Shown: piece after piece, positions 38,508 through 47,392 of the stretch
Layout of the letters: every line of letters begins with the position of its first letter
Position numbering within the stretch: the first letter of the stretch is position 1
Origin: a virus
DNA length: 64,000 bases
Virus record (IMG/VR): IMGVR_UViG_3300020187_000010
Direction: 5' to 3' (one strand)
The notes under the pieces: generated by a model
Database searches by the model: none
What the model was told of the DNA's origin: nothing
What the model saw: only the letters and a program-made list of their open reading frames with translations
Position numbers and translations under genes: made by a program

Positions 38508-39474
38508 TCATTTTCATTTCTGATCTTGAGTTATTAGTATACACCAATGTCTCCGGAGTGTCAAGTAGAAAATCACAATCTCTACAATAATCCGTGTATT
38601 CTCCAGTTCTATGAGACTCGCGTAGTGCAGAGTACTCTTCACCTCGAATAATTTCTTCTATCGTATTGACGGATGTATGTCCGAGAACTGCTTCTTCATC
38701 CCGACCAAGTACTTGACAGCACGGATGAACTGCACCCCGATGACCATCCACCCCACCAGCACGGATAACAACGTCAGGAGAAAAAGGACGACCACAAGTT
38801 TTGACATTACCAGTTCTAGCATTTGTTTCACCTATATCATATGCACCAGACCAGTTGTGCATTTTCCAGATCTCGGTCTTACAACCAAGTTCTTCTACTA
38901 AGGCCTTGTACTGTTCTAGTTCTTGTTCAATATTATTATTGTCTGTAATCAGGTGGTATGTCTCCACAACACAATCCGACCCAGACTCCTTTACATAATC
39001 CATCATTTCTTTTACATGTTTCTTGATCAACTCATAATTACTACCCCGAGTGTTATTCATCCACTCTTGATACTTCTCTGGTGTAGAACCAACAAAAGAG
39101 AATCGGAAGAAGTCCAATCCTGCGTCCACACAGTCCTTCATGAATTGACCATGCATACGAAAACCATTAGAGAAGATGACTGCTTTTGCATCATACCTCT
39201 TAACGATTTTTATATATTCTGGTAGGTTACGATTCATGGTTGCTTCACCCGAACCATCTAGGTTGACAACATTCAGTCCATGTCGTGCACAGTCTTGAAC
39301 ATTATCTTCGAACTCGATCAGTGACATCTTGGTTAAGAAACCTTTGTGTCTACCTCCGGTACGTTTATCTTGAGGACACATTGTGCAATCAAAATTACAG
39401 CCGCCCTGTACTTCAATTACCGCTCTGTCTATGTTTATTTCTTTCACTGAAAAATCCTCTCGCTTTAGTTTCAT
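38467..39474 (-). CDS. Radical SAM enzyme with SPASM/twitch domain
   Basis: CNFDCTMC (CxxxCxxC), GSGEA, SNG; C-terminal C..P...G.V.PCC...LG...C..C. Confidence 0.9.
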   Translation of the reverse strand: MKLKREDFSVKEINIDRAVIEVQGGCNFDCTMCPQDKRTGGRHKGFLTKMSLIEFEDNVQDCARHGLNVVNLDGSGEATMNRNLPEYIKIVKRYDAKAVIFSNGFRMHGQFMKDCVDAGLDFFRFSFVGSTPEKYQEWMNNTRGSNYELIKKHVKEMMDYVKESGSDCVVETYHLITDNNNIEQELEQYKALVEELGCKTEIWKMHNWSGAYDIGETNARTGNVKTCGRPFSPDVVIRAGGVDGHRGAVHPCCQVLGRDEEAVLGHTSVNTIEEIIRGEEYSALRESHRTGEYTDYCRDCDFLLDTPETLVYTNNSRSEMKMIGTSFDLNDYRNV

Positions 39475-40303
39475 GTTCTATTGCTTTTCTCTTGGTGTTA
39501 CCTAACATCTCAGGGATATTATTCACCCACCAAAATATATTCATTTCTTCATTTTCATCGTGTGTAGTTCGTACACAATGAGGCGTATGATAACGTGTTA
39601 TACCCTCATTACTTATAACTATCGTAGGTCTATATAAGTTACGAGCAATGTAATGCCACATACCATCATAACATATGACTTGACGACACGTAGAGATATG
39701 ATAGAGTGCTTCCGAAACAGGAGTTCTATAGGTCAATTCTGTTATATGTAATCCCGCCGCAACCAACTGATTTATTATAACATCCCATTTGTCATTTGTC
39801 AACTGTCTTTTCCATGTTTTTGGAGTTTCTGCATTAAACAGCGGTCTCCATATAACAATCTTATTATTGTCAACTTTTCGGAATGCATCCTTCCGGAATA
39901 TCCAATCACTGTTGGGAATATCTCCTCCTACCTCATCCGAATACTTTCCACTCTGAAACCAAAACCTATTCTTCTTGGGTCGGTTTATGGCCATGACTCT
40001 GAGACTACCATCGTCCTCTCTGGTAACATCATCGTTATATCTCCAATCACTGTAACGTGTCCGTTCATTATACACGTGTATGACCGTCACATCATCCTTT
40101 CTATGATAGAAGTTATGGATGTACTCTAGTCTCTCTATGATTGTTTCTGGATCTTCGAAGTGGTGTAGATGGTCTTCTTCATGTTCCCAATGAAACTCTA
40201 AAGTAACTTTCTTGTTTTCTTTGTAAGAAAAGTTATGGGCACAATTAAGTGCCCACATGAAATCACCAACTCCTGGCGTACCTCGCCAAGTAATAAGTTC
40301 CAT
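39413..40303 (-). CDS. Putative GT-B glycosyltransferase (GT9-like)
   Basis: G.GD N-terminal motif; W..II..L; C..VI.YDG..H.IA.....PT.V. Confidence 0.55.
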   Translation of the reverse strand: MELITWRGTPGVGDFMWALNCAHNFSYKENKKVTLEFHWEHEEDHLHHFEDPETIIERLEYIHNFYHRKDDVTVIHVYNERTRYSDWRYNDDVTREDDGSLRVMAINRPKKNRFWFQSGKYSDEVGGDIPNSDWIFRKDAFRKVDNNKIVIWRPLFNAETPKTWKRQLTNDKWDVIINQLVAAGLHITELTYRTPVSEALYHISTCRQVICYDGMWHYIARNLYRPTIVISNEGITRYHTPHCVRTTHDENEEMNIFWWVNNIPEMLGNTKRKAIEHETKARGFFSERNKHRQSGN

Positions 40304-40656
40304 TACTTATTCTTGTTACCGACTGCTTCCTTCGCATAGAACGCTGCAACAATCGCGGCAACAGATACAAAGTAAGTAGGTGCCATAGAACCTAACGTAT
40401 TTGCTGCTTGGTCTAATCCTATCAAGGATGCCAGTACTACAGCGAAGGGATAAAGTAACATTCCGCCAAGTGCAAACCATGCCATGTTACGTTGTGCATC
40501 ACGCATTGCATCTGCGTCTTCAAGTTCCTTTCGTTTGAACTCTAAGTGCATCTGTAGTTCTTGTTCGGTAATGTGACCATCACCGTCCGCATCAGCTCCC
40601 GCTAAAAACCCATCACTGTCTGCGGTAAGTTGTACCTTCTTTTTTTCTTCTGACAT
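40303..40656 (-). CDS. EF-hand-containing two-TM membrane protein (holin candidate)
   Basis: Canonical EF loop DADGDGHITEQE, then two hydrophobic helices and a basic C-terminus. Confidence 0.6.
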   Translation of the reverse strand: MSEEKKKVQLTADSDGFLAGADADGDGHITEQELQMHLEFKRKELEDADAMRDAQRNMAWFALGGMLLYPFAVVLASLIGLDQAANTLGSMAPTYFVSVAAIVAAFYAKEAVGNKNK

Positions 40657-40670
40657 TTTATTCTCCTAGT

Positions 40671-41171
40671 TTAATGTTCGTGTAATTCACTACCATGTAT
40701 GTCCCAATTAAAACCGATAACAAGTTTCTTACTATCGGTTATCATAGGACTTCTGTGGGGTAACATCGAAGGGAATACTACAAGATCCCCTTCTTCCAAA
40801 TCTATTGGTGTTCCTAATAATTGTGTTCCGTTTTCCGGATCTTCTAATACTACTTGAAGGACACCGGACATGTTCGCACCTTCATGGGTGTGCCAGTTGA
40901 AGTCTGCACCATGTTCACTATATTCTGCAAACCACATATTACCTATGCGTATGTCGGTACACTTCCAACTAGACATGTAGTCCTCTAGACTTGACCGCAC
41001 AGCATTCTCGAATACTTCCCAATACAAAGGTTTTGCATCAACCTTGTAATCAGAATGAGACATGTTAGCATATTCACATACGTTGTTATCTTTTATCATT
41101 TCGATAGCAAGTAATATCTTGTCCTGAACACTTTCCCAATCATCAATTTTATATTTGCGTATATACTGCAT
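40671..41171 (-). CDS. 2OG-Fe(II) oxygenase-like protein
   Basis: WF..Y......WHTH, SGV, EGDLVVFPS.LPH.S, K.VI.FN. Confidence 0.75.
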   Translation of the reverse strand: MQYIRKYKIDDWESVQDKILLAIEMIKDNNVCEYANMSHSDYKVDAKPLYWEVFENAVRSSLEDYMSSWKCTDIRIGNMWFAEYSEHGADFNWHTHEGANMSGVLQVVLEDPENGTQLLGTPIDLEEGDLVVFPSMLPHRSPMITDSKKLVIGFNWDIHGSELHEH

Positions 41172-42667
41172 TAGAATACTTTCACTCCGTACTTCTGTTC
41201 CCACAATTCTGCGTCATGTTCATCGTTGACCATAGGTCTTCCGCGAATGTTCAATGAGGTATTTAGTAACATCGGAACTCCGGTTCTTCGGTGATACTCT
41301 TCGATGATCTTACGGAATATAGACGGACAATCTTTCTTGACTATTTGTACACGTGCGGTACCGTCTACATGAGTGACTGACGTATAAGGATGTTTTGCTA
41401 TAGAGGTGTATTGCATGTACTCATTCATTGGGCCCGAGAAGTATTCTTCTGCATACTCTTCTAGTATTGCGGGTGCGAATGGACGATACTTCTGTCTACG
41501 TTTGATTGTGTTGACCGTATCCTTTACGTCAAACCTCACATCCGCGATCAAAGACCTGTTACCCAGTGCACGTGGGCCAAACTCCGCTTTACCGTTCGCC
41601 AGACCACACACATGATGTTCTAAGAGGTGATCGACCACTTCCTGTACATTGACCTCCCTATCTATGTTGTAACCAGAATATGGAGACCAAATCAGTTGAT
41701 CCTTCCCAGTTTCCTTTGCCCATGTCATTGCAGCAGTACCGAGACTCGAACCAGAGTCAGTTGGTGCAACTGCGATATGTACTTGACCCTCAAACAGTTC
41801 GTGTATCATTGAATTGGTAACAACATTCTGTGCACAACCACCAGAGTACACTAACTTGTTTCCGTGTTGTTTTGCAATATGCATGATCTGCATAATACCA
41901 TACTCTGCAAACTTTTGAATACCGGCTGCGAAATCTTTATCTCCGTACTGTCCCAAGAAGTCGATTAGTTTATTTCGCATCTTACCAAATCCTACGAAAC
42001 TCTTACTCTTAGGATTATCCATTAGTTCGGATGTACCAATCTCTGGTGCAAGGTCTGGTGTCTCTTCCCACCAATCGATTAACCATTGTACCATGTCTGG
42101 AGGTGCAGTACCGTATGAAGACAGTCCCATGACGACATACTCGTCCTCAAGTGGACGTAAACCCAACGTTTTTGTTGCACTCGTGTAGACTAGTCCAATA
42201 GACTTGGGGTAATGCCATTCTTTGATTAGGTTGAAGTTGTGGTCGTAGATGACCGCAGTTTGATATTCGCCTGCACCATCGATAGACACCATAACAGTAT
42301 CTTCTTTGTCTTTCCAAGGGCGGGTGTAGAATGCGGTTGCGCAATGTGATATGTGATGTTCGTGGAAGTTGTCATAGACAAGACTTTCACCGATTGGTAT
42401 TTCTTCGTGTGTAGAAATATCTCTTTGGAGTGTTCTGCCCTTTAAACCTCGATAAGTATCTCGGTATTTTTCTCGAAGTGCATAGTCTTCATAGAATGAT
42501 ACATGATCGTTGTCGTTAACATATTCCCAGAGACTTTCGGGAATGATAGGGTCGTTCTTCCTCTTAGAAAAACGTTCGGCCTGTGAAGCGAACTCCACAG
42601 TACCGTCCTTGTTTATAATTGATAGTGCTGCATCGTGATAATACTCACTGAAACCAACGTAACGCAT
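41171..42667 (-). CDS. Carbamoyltransferase (NodU/CmcH/TobZ family)
   Basis: HDAA, ERFS..K.D, HH.SH, DG.GE, EY.VMGL, SGGCA.N, D.G.SLG, EFGPRALGNRS, K.RQ..RPFAP, HVDGTAR.Q, LNTSLN. Confidence 0.93.
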   Translation of the reverse strand: MRYVGFSEYYHDAALSIINKDGTVEFASQAERFSKRKNDPIIPESLWEYVNDNDHVSFYEDYALREKYRDTYRGLKGRTLQRDISTHEEIPIGESLVYDNFHEHHISHCATAFYTRPWKDKEDTVMVSIDGAGEYQTAVIYDHNFNLIKEWHYPKSIGLVYTSATKTLGLRPLEDEYVVMGLSSYGTAPPDMVQWLIDWWEETPDLAPEIGTSELMDNPKSKSFVGFGKMRNKLIDFLGQYGDKDFAAGIQKFAEYGIMQIMHIAKQHGNKLVYSGGCAQNVVTNSMIHELFEGQVHIAVAPTDSGSSLGTAAMTWAKETGKDQLIWSPYSGYNIDREVNVQEVVDHLLEHHVCGLANGKAEFGPRALGNRSLIADVRFDVKDTVNTIKRRQKYRPFAPAILEEYAEEYFSGPMNEYMQYTSIAKHPYTSVTHVDGTARVQIVKKDCPSIFRKIIEEYHRRTGVPMLLNTSLNIRGRPMVNDEHDAELWEQKYGVKVF

Positions 42668-42708
42668 AAATATACCTCATAGATTGTATGAGGATATTTA
42701 GTCACATT

Positions 42709-43290
42709 TTAACCAACCAGTTTTTCGTAGATCTCTTTCCAGTTCTTCACGCAAGGGATAGTTGGGTGGTTCATGTTGAAACCATGTTCCATCAACACAC
42801 TCTCTAGACCAAGTTCAACACCCAGTTCGGCATTCTCAGTCTTATCTTCTACCCACAGACATTCGGTGTCACGGTAAGGTTCTAAGGCTTCGTCTTTGTC
42901 ATCACCACAACCAAGGATAACGAACTTCTCGAACAAAGTCTCACCGAACAACTTCTGAAGATTTAGGATACGCAACTTCTGCGCATTAGGATTGTCACTC
43001 AGACTAGTAATCGCATGGAACACATAACCATGTTCTTCGTGCAACTTCTTCATGTAATGCATTGCATCACGTAGTGGGGGAAGGAACCCGACATGGGCAC
43101 TCTCGTTAAACATACGGACTAACATCTTACCTGTCGCCTTGTCAATACCATAGGCTTCACTGACATCATAGACTAGGTTTGTTGGGTCAGCTAACTTGTG
43201 ACCGTGTTCGTTCATCCAGATATCGAATGCGTAGAACCAGTTAAGAACTACACCATCGATGTCTGTCAATATTACATTTTCTTTATTCAC
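42709..43290 (-). CDS. HAD-superfamily 5'(3')-deoxyribonucleotidase (T4 gp30.2-like)
   Basis: ILTDIDGV, ITS, WVEDK..NA..G...GL, N. Confidence 0.8.
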   Translation of the reverse strand: MNKENVILTDIDGVVLNWFYAFDIWMNEHGHKLADPTNLVYDVSEAYGIDKATGKMLVRMFNESAHVGFLPPLRDAMHYMKKLHEEHGYVFHAITSLSDNPNAQKLRILNLQKLFGETLFEKFVILGCGDDKDEALEPYRDTECLWVEDKTENAELGVELGLESVLMEHGFNMNHPTIPCVKNWKEIYEKLVG

Positions 43291-43484
43291 TTTACTTCCT
43301 TACTTTCTAAATAATCAATAGTTTCGATAAATTCTTCAAGAACTTCGGGATATCTCACACCTAGAGTTCTCATCATAGATTCTAGGTAACCGATTGTATA
43401 ATTTGGATTATCGTTATCCTTACGAATCAGTTCAATCATCTTTACAACAATGGCACCAGTTTCTACATAATTCATAATAAACAC
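43287..43484 (-). CDS. Hypothetical early protein
   Basis: Directly after a promoter cassette with GAGAGGTG SD; start probably MNYVET. Confidence 0.6.
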   Translation of the reverse strand: MFIMNYVETGAIVVKMIELIRKDNDNPNYTIGYLESMMRTLGVRYPEVLEEFIETIDYLESKEVK

Positions 43485-43550
43485 CTCTCTCTCTCAATTA
43501 GGTACCCATTATCTCATAGTTAAAACAAGATGTCAACACTTATTTACATT
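43484..43550 (-). promoter_or_regulatory. Early promoter cassette, copy 3
   Basis: AAATAAGTG-TTGACA-TCTTGTTTTAACTATGA-GATAAT (17-bp spacer). Confidence 0.8.
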
Positions 43551-44368
43551 TGTTTTGGTGATAGTCGGAATTTGTTTGAGTGATAGTGGTCTAGCATGAG
43601 GATCTTCCATCCTCCGCCAGTATAGTGACAGAACTTCGCCTTCTCGAAGAACTCTTCTTCTGTGGCGTAGTGGGGGGAATCATTCCATGTCTGGTCTATG
43701 GTGACCAGATCGAAGTCGTGTTGCATCAACTGACCAGAGATGTATGGTTGATCATTCATTACAGACATATGGAATTCGGGTTTAGCGTAGAACCATTCTT
43801 TCCAAGGCATAAACAACTCACGTGCACGTAGACGTGCCTCGCGTGTCCATACAACCACACCGGTATTCAGTATGGTAATTTTGGATGGTCGGCTAGGTGG
43901 CATAGAAGGCACGACCGGAATGCCGTGCATCTGGAACTTGTTTACAAAGTCGAGATAGGTACTTTGTTTATAATCCCAAGAGTTATATCCACCACCATCA
44001 GCGGTGACGATATCACTCTCAAGTACACCGAAAACATCTCCGTCTTCACATATGTCGAAGATGTTTTCATCGGTGTTTACTACTATGTCGGTATCGGCAA
44101 AGAGTACCTTGTCGTACTTGTCGAACATCGGGTCGTAGATTACACGCAAACATTCAAATAGTATTGCAGTAGAATGGTCGTCTTTACAATACACCGCTTC
44201 ATCGGAATAGTGATAATCCGCATCTACGTGATCTGCGTACTGTAAGAATGAATTGCGAGATATATCCGCACACTCTCGATACACTTGACTTCTCTTTCTA
44301 CCTTCGATATCACCACGTTCATCAACCTTGTCGTTGACGATCATGTATTGAAAAATCGCGTTTCTCAT
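43544..44368 (-). CDS. GT-A glycosyltransferase (GT8/GT34-like)
   Basis: YDKVLFADTDI, NTGVV, NDQPYI, WN, F.HY. Confidence 0.75.
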   Translation of the reverse strand: MRNAIFQYMIVNDKVDERGDIEGRKRSQVYRECADISRNSFLQYADHVDADYHYSDEAVYCKDDHSTAILFECLRVIYDPMFDKYDKVLFADTDIVVNTDENIFDICEDGDVFGVLESDIVTADGGGYNSWDYKQSTYLDFVNKFQMHGIPVVPSMPPSRPSKITILNTGVVVWTREARLRARELFMPWKEWFYAKPEFHMSVMNDQPYISGQLMQHDFDLVTIDQTWNDSPHYATEEEFFEKAKFCHYTGGGWKILMLDHYHSNKFRLSPKQM

Positions 44369-44468
44369 TATCTCTCACTTTTCGTGTATCAGAGTTCCCA
44401 TTCAAGGTCATCTGTTTATGTTTATTACGTTTCTTGTTTCTACTATCGTGACGACTGTACTTGGCCAT
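44322..44468 (-). CDS. Small basic protein (48 aa, not in ORF track)
   Basis: MAKYSRHDSRNKKRNKHKQ...; fills the gap between lysozyme and GT genes. Confidence 0.55.
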   Translation of the reverse strand: MAKYSRHDSRNKKRNKHKQMTLNGNSDTRKVRDNEKRDFSIHDRQRQG

Positions 44469-44477
44469 ACTAATTAC

Positions 44478-44924
44478 TTATACGTTCTCTAAGGTTACCA
44501 TTAGTCTTTCTGCACGGTTTGTAACCTGTCGATGCCAGAGACTATCACGTCCCTCTACACCTGCACGTTTCCAATCACCTTCTGCAATTGCACCATTGAA
44601 GTTCTTGAACTTACTCAAACGAGTACGTCCCATATTGAACATCATATTAACAAGTACACCTTGTACTTCGTCTGGTAAGTCGTCAAAAGACCCTTGTCCG
44701 TATAAAGCGTGACACTCTGATATTGCTGTATTGAGGTCGTTGTCAAAACACTCTGCGACTCTTTCTTCGCTGATTGAGGTTCCGACTGGTTGTCCATGTT
44801 CTGGATCGGTTTCGAGTACGAGATGGCCGACACCAAAGGTTGGATAGCCAAGGTGGTCGTTATAGATTTCATACTTGACTCCTTCGTCCACTTTTAATGT
44901 TTCGAATACTTCTTGTCTGTTCAT
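44478..44924 (-). CDS. Endolysin, T4-type lysozyme (GH24)
   Basis: DEG...IY.D.LG.PT.GVGHL (E-D-T catalytic triad), NM.FN.G, DS.W..Q...RA.RL. Confidence 0.9.
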   Translation of the reverse strand: MNRQEVFETLKVDEGVKYEIYNDHLGYPTFGVGHLVLETDPEHGQPVGTSISEERVAECFDNDLNTAISECHALYGQGSFDDLPDEVQGVLVNMMFNMGRTRLSKFKNFNGAIAEGDWKRAGVEGRDSLWHRQVTNRAERLMVTLENV

Positions 44925-45604
44925 TTCTTTTCCTCTATTAGTTCTTTAGTCATTATATAGTCTCGCACGAAGTCCGAACGTACTATATCTGCCCATGTAA
45001 ATTCTACTACAGTGAAGTTCTTCATCAACTCAAGTATCTCGATAAACTTCACGATACCTTTCCTATCACCTTCTTTTACGAAGTCTGATTGATAATAATC
45101 ACCACAGAATATGATCCGACAATTCTGACCAACTCTAGTAATGATACTATCTAATTCATGGAATGTCAAGTTCTGCATCTCATCCACTATGATAACTGCA
45201 TCGTTGATTGTAGTTCCACGAATATGTGACGTTGATATAAAATCGACCGTCTTGTTCTCCGAAAGTTTTCGGTATGCTTCCGGATCATCGAATAGTTCCG
45301 CGCATATTGATTTGTAGGGTGCGGTATATGCATCCATCTTCTCTTCTAGAGTTCCTGGCAAGAATCCAATCTCTCGGGTAGGTACAATAGACCTACAGAT
45401 AACTACAGATGAAAACTGGTTACCTTTATCAAGTACAGTCTCTAGTCCAAGATACAGTGCACTAAAAGTTTTACCCGTCCCCGCAGATCCATTCAGTACC
45501 AAGTGCGAACCAGACTTGTAGGCAGAGAACACTTGTTCTTGGCCAGTAGTCATTGGATCGACTGTCAAAAGATGATCGATCTTTAACGTTTGTGGTTTTT
45601 GCAT
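44921..45604 (-). CDS. phoH: PhoH-like ATPase
   Basis: GSAGTGKT, RS.V....IGFLPG...EK, RG.T, IVDE.QN, TRVG, GD..QSD, DIVRS. Confidence 0.92.
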   Translation of the reverse strand: MQKPQTLKIDHLLTVDPMTTGQEQVFSAYKSGSHLVLNGSAGTGKTFSALYLGLETVLDKGNQFSSVVICRSIVPTREIGFLPGTLEEKMDAYTAPYKSICAELFDDPEAYRKLSENKTVDFISTSHIRGTTINDAVIIVDEMQNLTFHELDSIITRVGQNCRIIFCGDYYQSDFVKEGDRKGIVKFIEILELMKNFTVVEFTWADIVRSDFVRDYIMTKELIEEKK

Positions 45605-45612
45605 TAAGTTCT

Positions 45613-45849
45613 CTATGTTTTGATGTTGTTATCTTTACCCGCACCTTTCTTAATGTTGCCTAGGTGTTCTTGCCAATCGCTACCAGCCATTGTCAATGCG
45701 GATTTGACTCCCGATGTTAAACCGGGCGCTTTAGTGAAACATCTATTTAGATGGGGGTTATCTTTTCGGTAGTCATCGTACTCTGATATTTTCATCATGA
45801 CTTCGATTACTTCACCGGTCTCATTATCTTTAAATTCATATATTGGCAT
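45613..45849 (-). CDS. Small FmdB-like protein
   Basis: MP.YEF.D..TGE..E..M.ISE. Confidence 0.65.
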   Translation of the reverse strand: MPIYEFKDNETGEVIEVMMKISEYDDYRKDNPHLNRCFTKAPGLTSGVKSALTMAGSDWQEHLGNIKKGAGKDNNIKT

Positions 45850-45873
45850 AATTTATTATTGTTTTCCATACGA

Positions 45874-45917
45874 CACCCCCCGAGTGGGGGGTGAAGAGAT
45901 ACGGATCACCTTCCTTA
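45874..45917 (-). other. Extended anti-16S (SD-like) element at a stop codon plus GC hairpin
   Basis: TAAGGAAGGTGATCC on - (45917-45903), then an 8-bp hairpin CACCCCCC-N4-GGGGGGTG (45874-45893) without a U-tract. Confidence 0.55.
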
Positions 45918-46076
45918 TTGAGTCGTTAGTTGTTCAACAATAGTTTGATTGAGATACTCTTGTTTCTTTGCTAGTTTATAAACCAAGTTATCTCTTCCTT
46001 TCTTCTTCATTCGTTGGATATAATAATCCAATTCCTGACGGTCTCGCTTCAAGCGTTCCAATTGTTTTTCTGACAT
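45915..46076 (-). CDS. Small basic coiled-coil protein (53 aa, not in ORF track)
   Basis: MSEKQLERLKRDRQELDYYIQRMKKKGRDNLVYKLAKKQEYLNQTIVEQLTTQ with GAGGTG SD. Confidence 0.65.
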   Translation of the reverse strand: MSEKQLERLKRDRQELDYYIQRMKKKGRDNLVYKLAKKQEYLNQTIVEQLTTQ

Positions 46077-46106
46077 CAACACCTCGTTTGTTAGTTAAAG
46101 GGATGG

Positions 46107-46541
46107 TTATTTCTGGATCAGTTTTGGAAAGGTCTCCTGTACTAGTTTTTTGGTTAAGTATTTCACTGGTGACTTTTTTGCCACCATCGACAAAACTATC
46201 TCTGCATCTTTTGGATGTATTGATTCCAAGAGTCGCATGAATTTGAGTTCGCGTCTAAACGCCTGCATATCTTTGCCTGGCCCACCTTTAACATAATAAC
46301 CGAATTCTTTATGTAATCGTAGGAGACTAGAAGGGGTTGACTCAGGTCTATTTGGGGTATACGGAGGAGTGCCTTCGGGCAAGATGAACTGAAGAGTATC
46401 ATCAAAAGTGCCTCGGAGGACATCTGTTAAAGCAGCAACATTCTGATATTTCAACAGAACATCCTTTCTTTTGGTTTTAGTTGTTTGTTTCCCAAACTCT
46501 TCGAAGATTTCGAAAATGTCGGGGGTTCTATTGTTGGCCAT
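46107..46541 (-). CDS. Conserved T4-like hypothetical protein
   Basis: FD....F.LPEG.PPY, RRE..F..LLE.IHP.DA. Confidence 0.75.
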   Translation of the reverse strand: MANNRTPDIFEIFEEFGKQTTKTKRKDVLLKYQNVAALTDVLRGTFDDTLQFILPEGTPPYTPNRPESTPSSLLRLHKEFGYYVKGGPGKDMQAFRRELKFMRLLESIHPKDAEIVLSMVAKKSPVKYLTKKLVQETFPKLIQK

Positions 46542-46603
46542 TATATTTCACCTTTACTATAACTATATAGGGTTTTTTGTGTTTTCACTTAGTATCTATA
46601 TGT

Positions 46604-46629
46604 AAAAAAACCCCCGATTTCTCGGGGGT
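46604..46629 (-). terminator. Rho-independent terminator
   Basis: CCCCCGA-N4-TCGGGGG hairpin followed by T7 on the - strand. Confidence 0.85.
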
Positions 46630-46684
46630 AAAACGGTGGGGGGAACTAAACTATTCATAGGAATCATTACCAATTTACGCTAGT

Positions 46685-46825
46685 TTAGTCGCAGTCCCAC
46701 TCGATAATCTTGTAGTTCTTCATTGCATTTTCTTCTGCAAAATCTATTGCTTGTTCTTCAGTCTCAAAGATCATTTCAGGAAGAAACTCTCCGTCTTCTT
46801 CCAAGTAGTAAACATAGTCGCTCAT
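46685..46825 (-). CDS. Small acidic protein (46 aa, not in ORF track)
   Basis: MSDYVYYLEEDGEFLPEMIFETEEQAIDFAEENAMKNYKIIEWDCD with AAGGAG SD. Confidence 0.65.
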   Translation of the reverse strand: MSDYVYYLEEDGEFLPEMIFETEEQAIDFAEENAMKNYKIIEWDCD

Positions 46826-46834
46826 AATATCTCC

Positions 46835-47392
46835 TTAGTAGTACCAGCTGTTGTAGTGAGTGTCTTCCGCAGTAGTAGGACGAGCACAAGAATGAGAAGA
46901 AGTCTTGAAGCCACCGTAGTTGTCGATTCGTTTCTTCATCTCTTCACCAACGAAAGAGTTGGGAACCGCACGAACATTTTGACAGTCGTAACCTTGACTA
47001 CCTTCAACAACTGCGGTGGCAATCTCACGGACAATGACAGTTTTCGCTGTAGGTTTCGCAACGACTTGGTAACAATCAACTTGAGTCTGTTCGTAACCCC
47101 AAGAGTCAACGAACAAGTCACCAACCTTAACGTTGTTGGCAAGTTCTACTGCCTTTACTTTGCGTTCTTCTTTCGCTTTGGCGCGGTATTCGATAGTGGC
47201 AAGACGGTCATCAATGAACTCTTGTTGCGCTTCGTACATACGTTCAATAGTACGGTAACGAACGTGGTACTCATTCTTGAAACCAAGACGAGCACGAGGA
47301 GCAACACGGTCACACTTGGCAATCAAACGTTCTTCGTCAATTGTAAGAACAAGGTCGTGTTTCGCAAACAATTCAATCATTTCATTTTTCAT
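46835..47392 (-). CDS. Hypothetical early protein
   Basis: VGDLFV.SWGYEQT..D.YQVV; highly expressed-type codon usage; follows an early promoter. Confidence 0.75.
   Translation of the reverse strand: MKNEMIELFAKHDLVLTIDEERLIAKCDRVAPRARLGFKNEYHVRYRTIERMYEAQQEFIDDRLATIEYRAKAKEERKVKAVELANNVKVGDLFVDSWGYEQTQVDCYQVVAKPTAKTVIVREIATAVVEGSQGYDCQNVRAVPNSFVGEEMKKRIDNYGGFKTSSHSCARPTTAEDTHYNSWYY

Noticed and set aside
45874-45893. GC hairpin as an intrinsic terminator
   Set aside because: No U-tract on either strand.
45903-45917. GGATCACCTTCCTTA as a 16S rRNA fragment
   Set aside because: Only 15 nt match with no other rRNA sequence; better read as an SD-like element on the coding strand.
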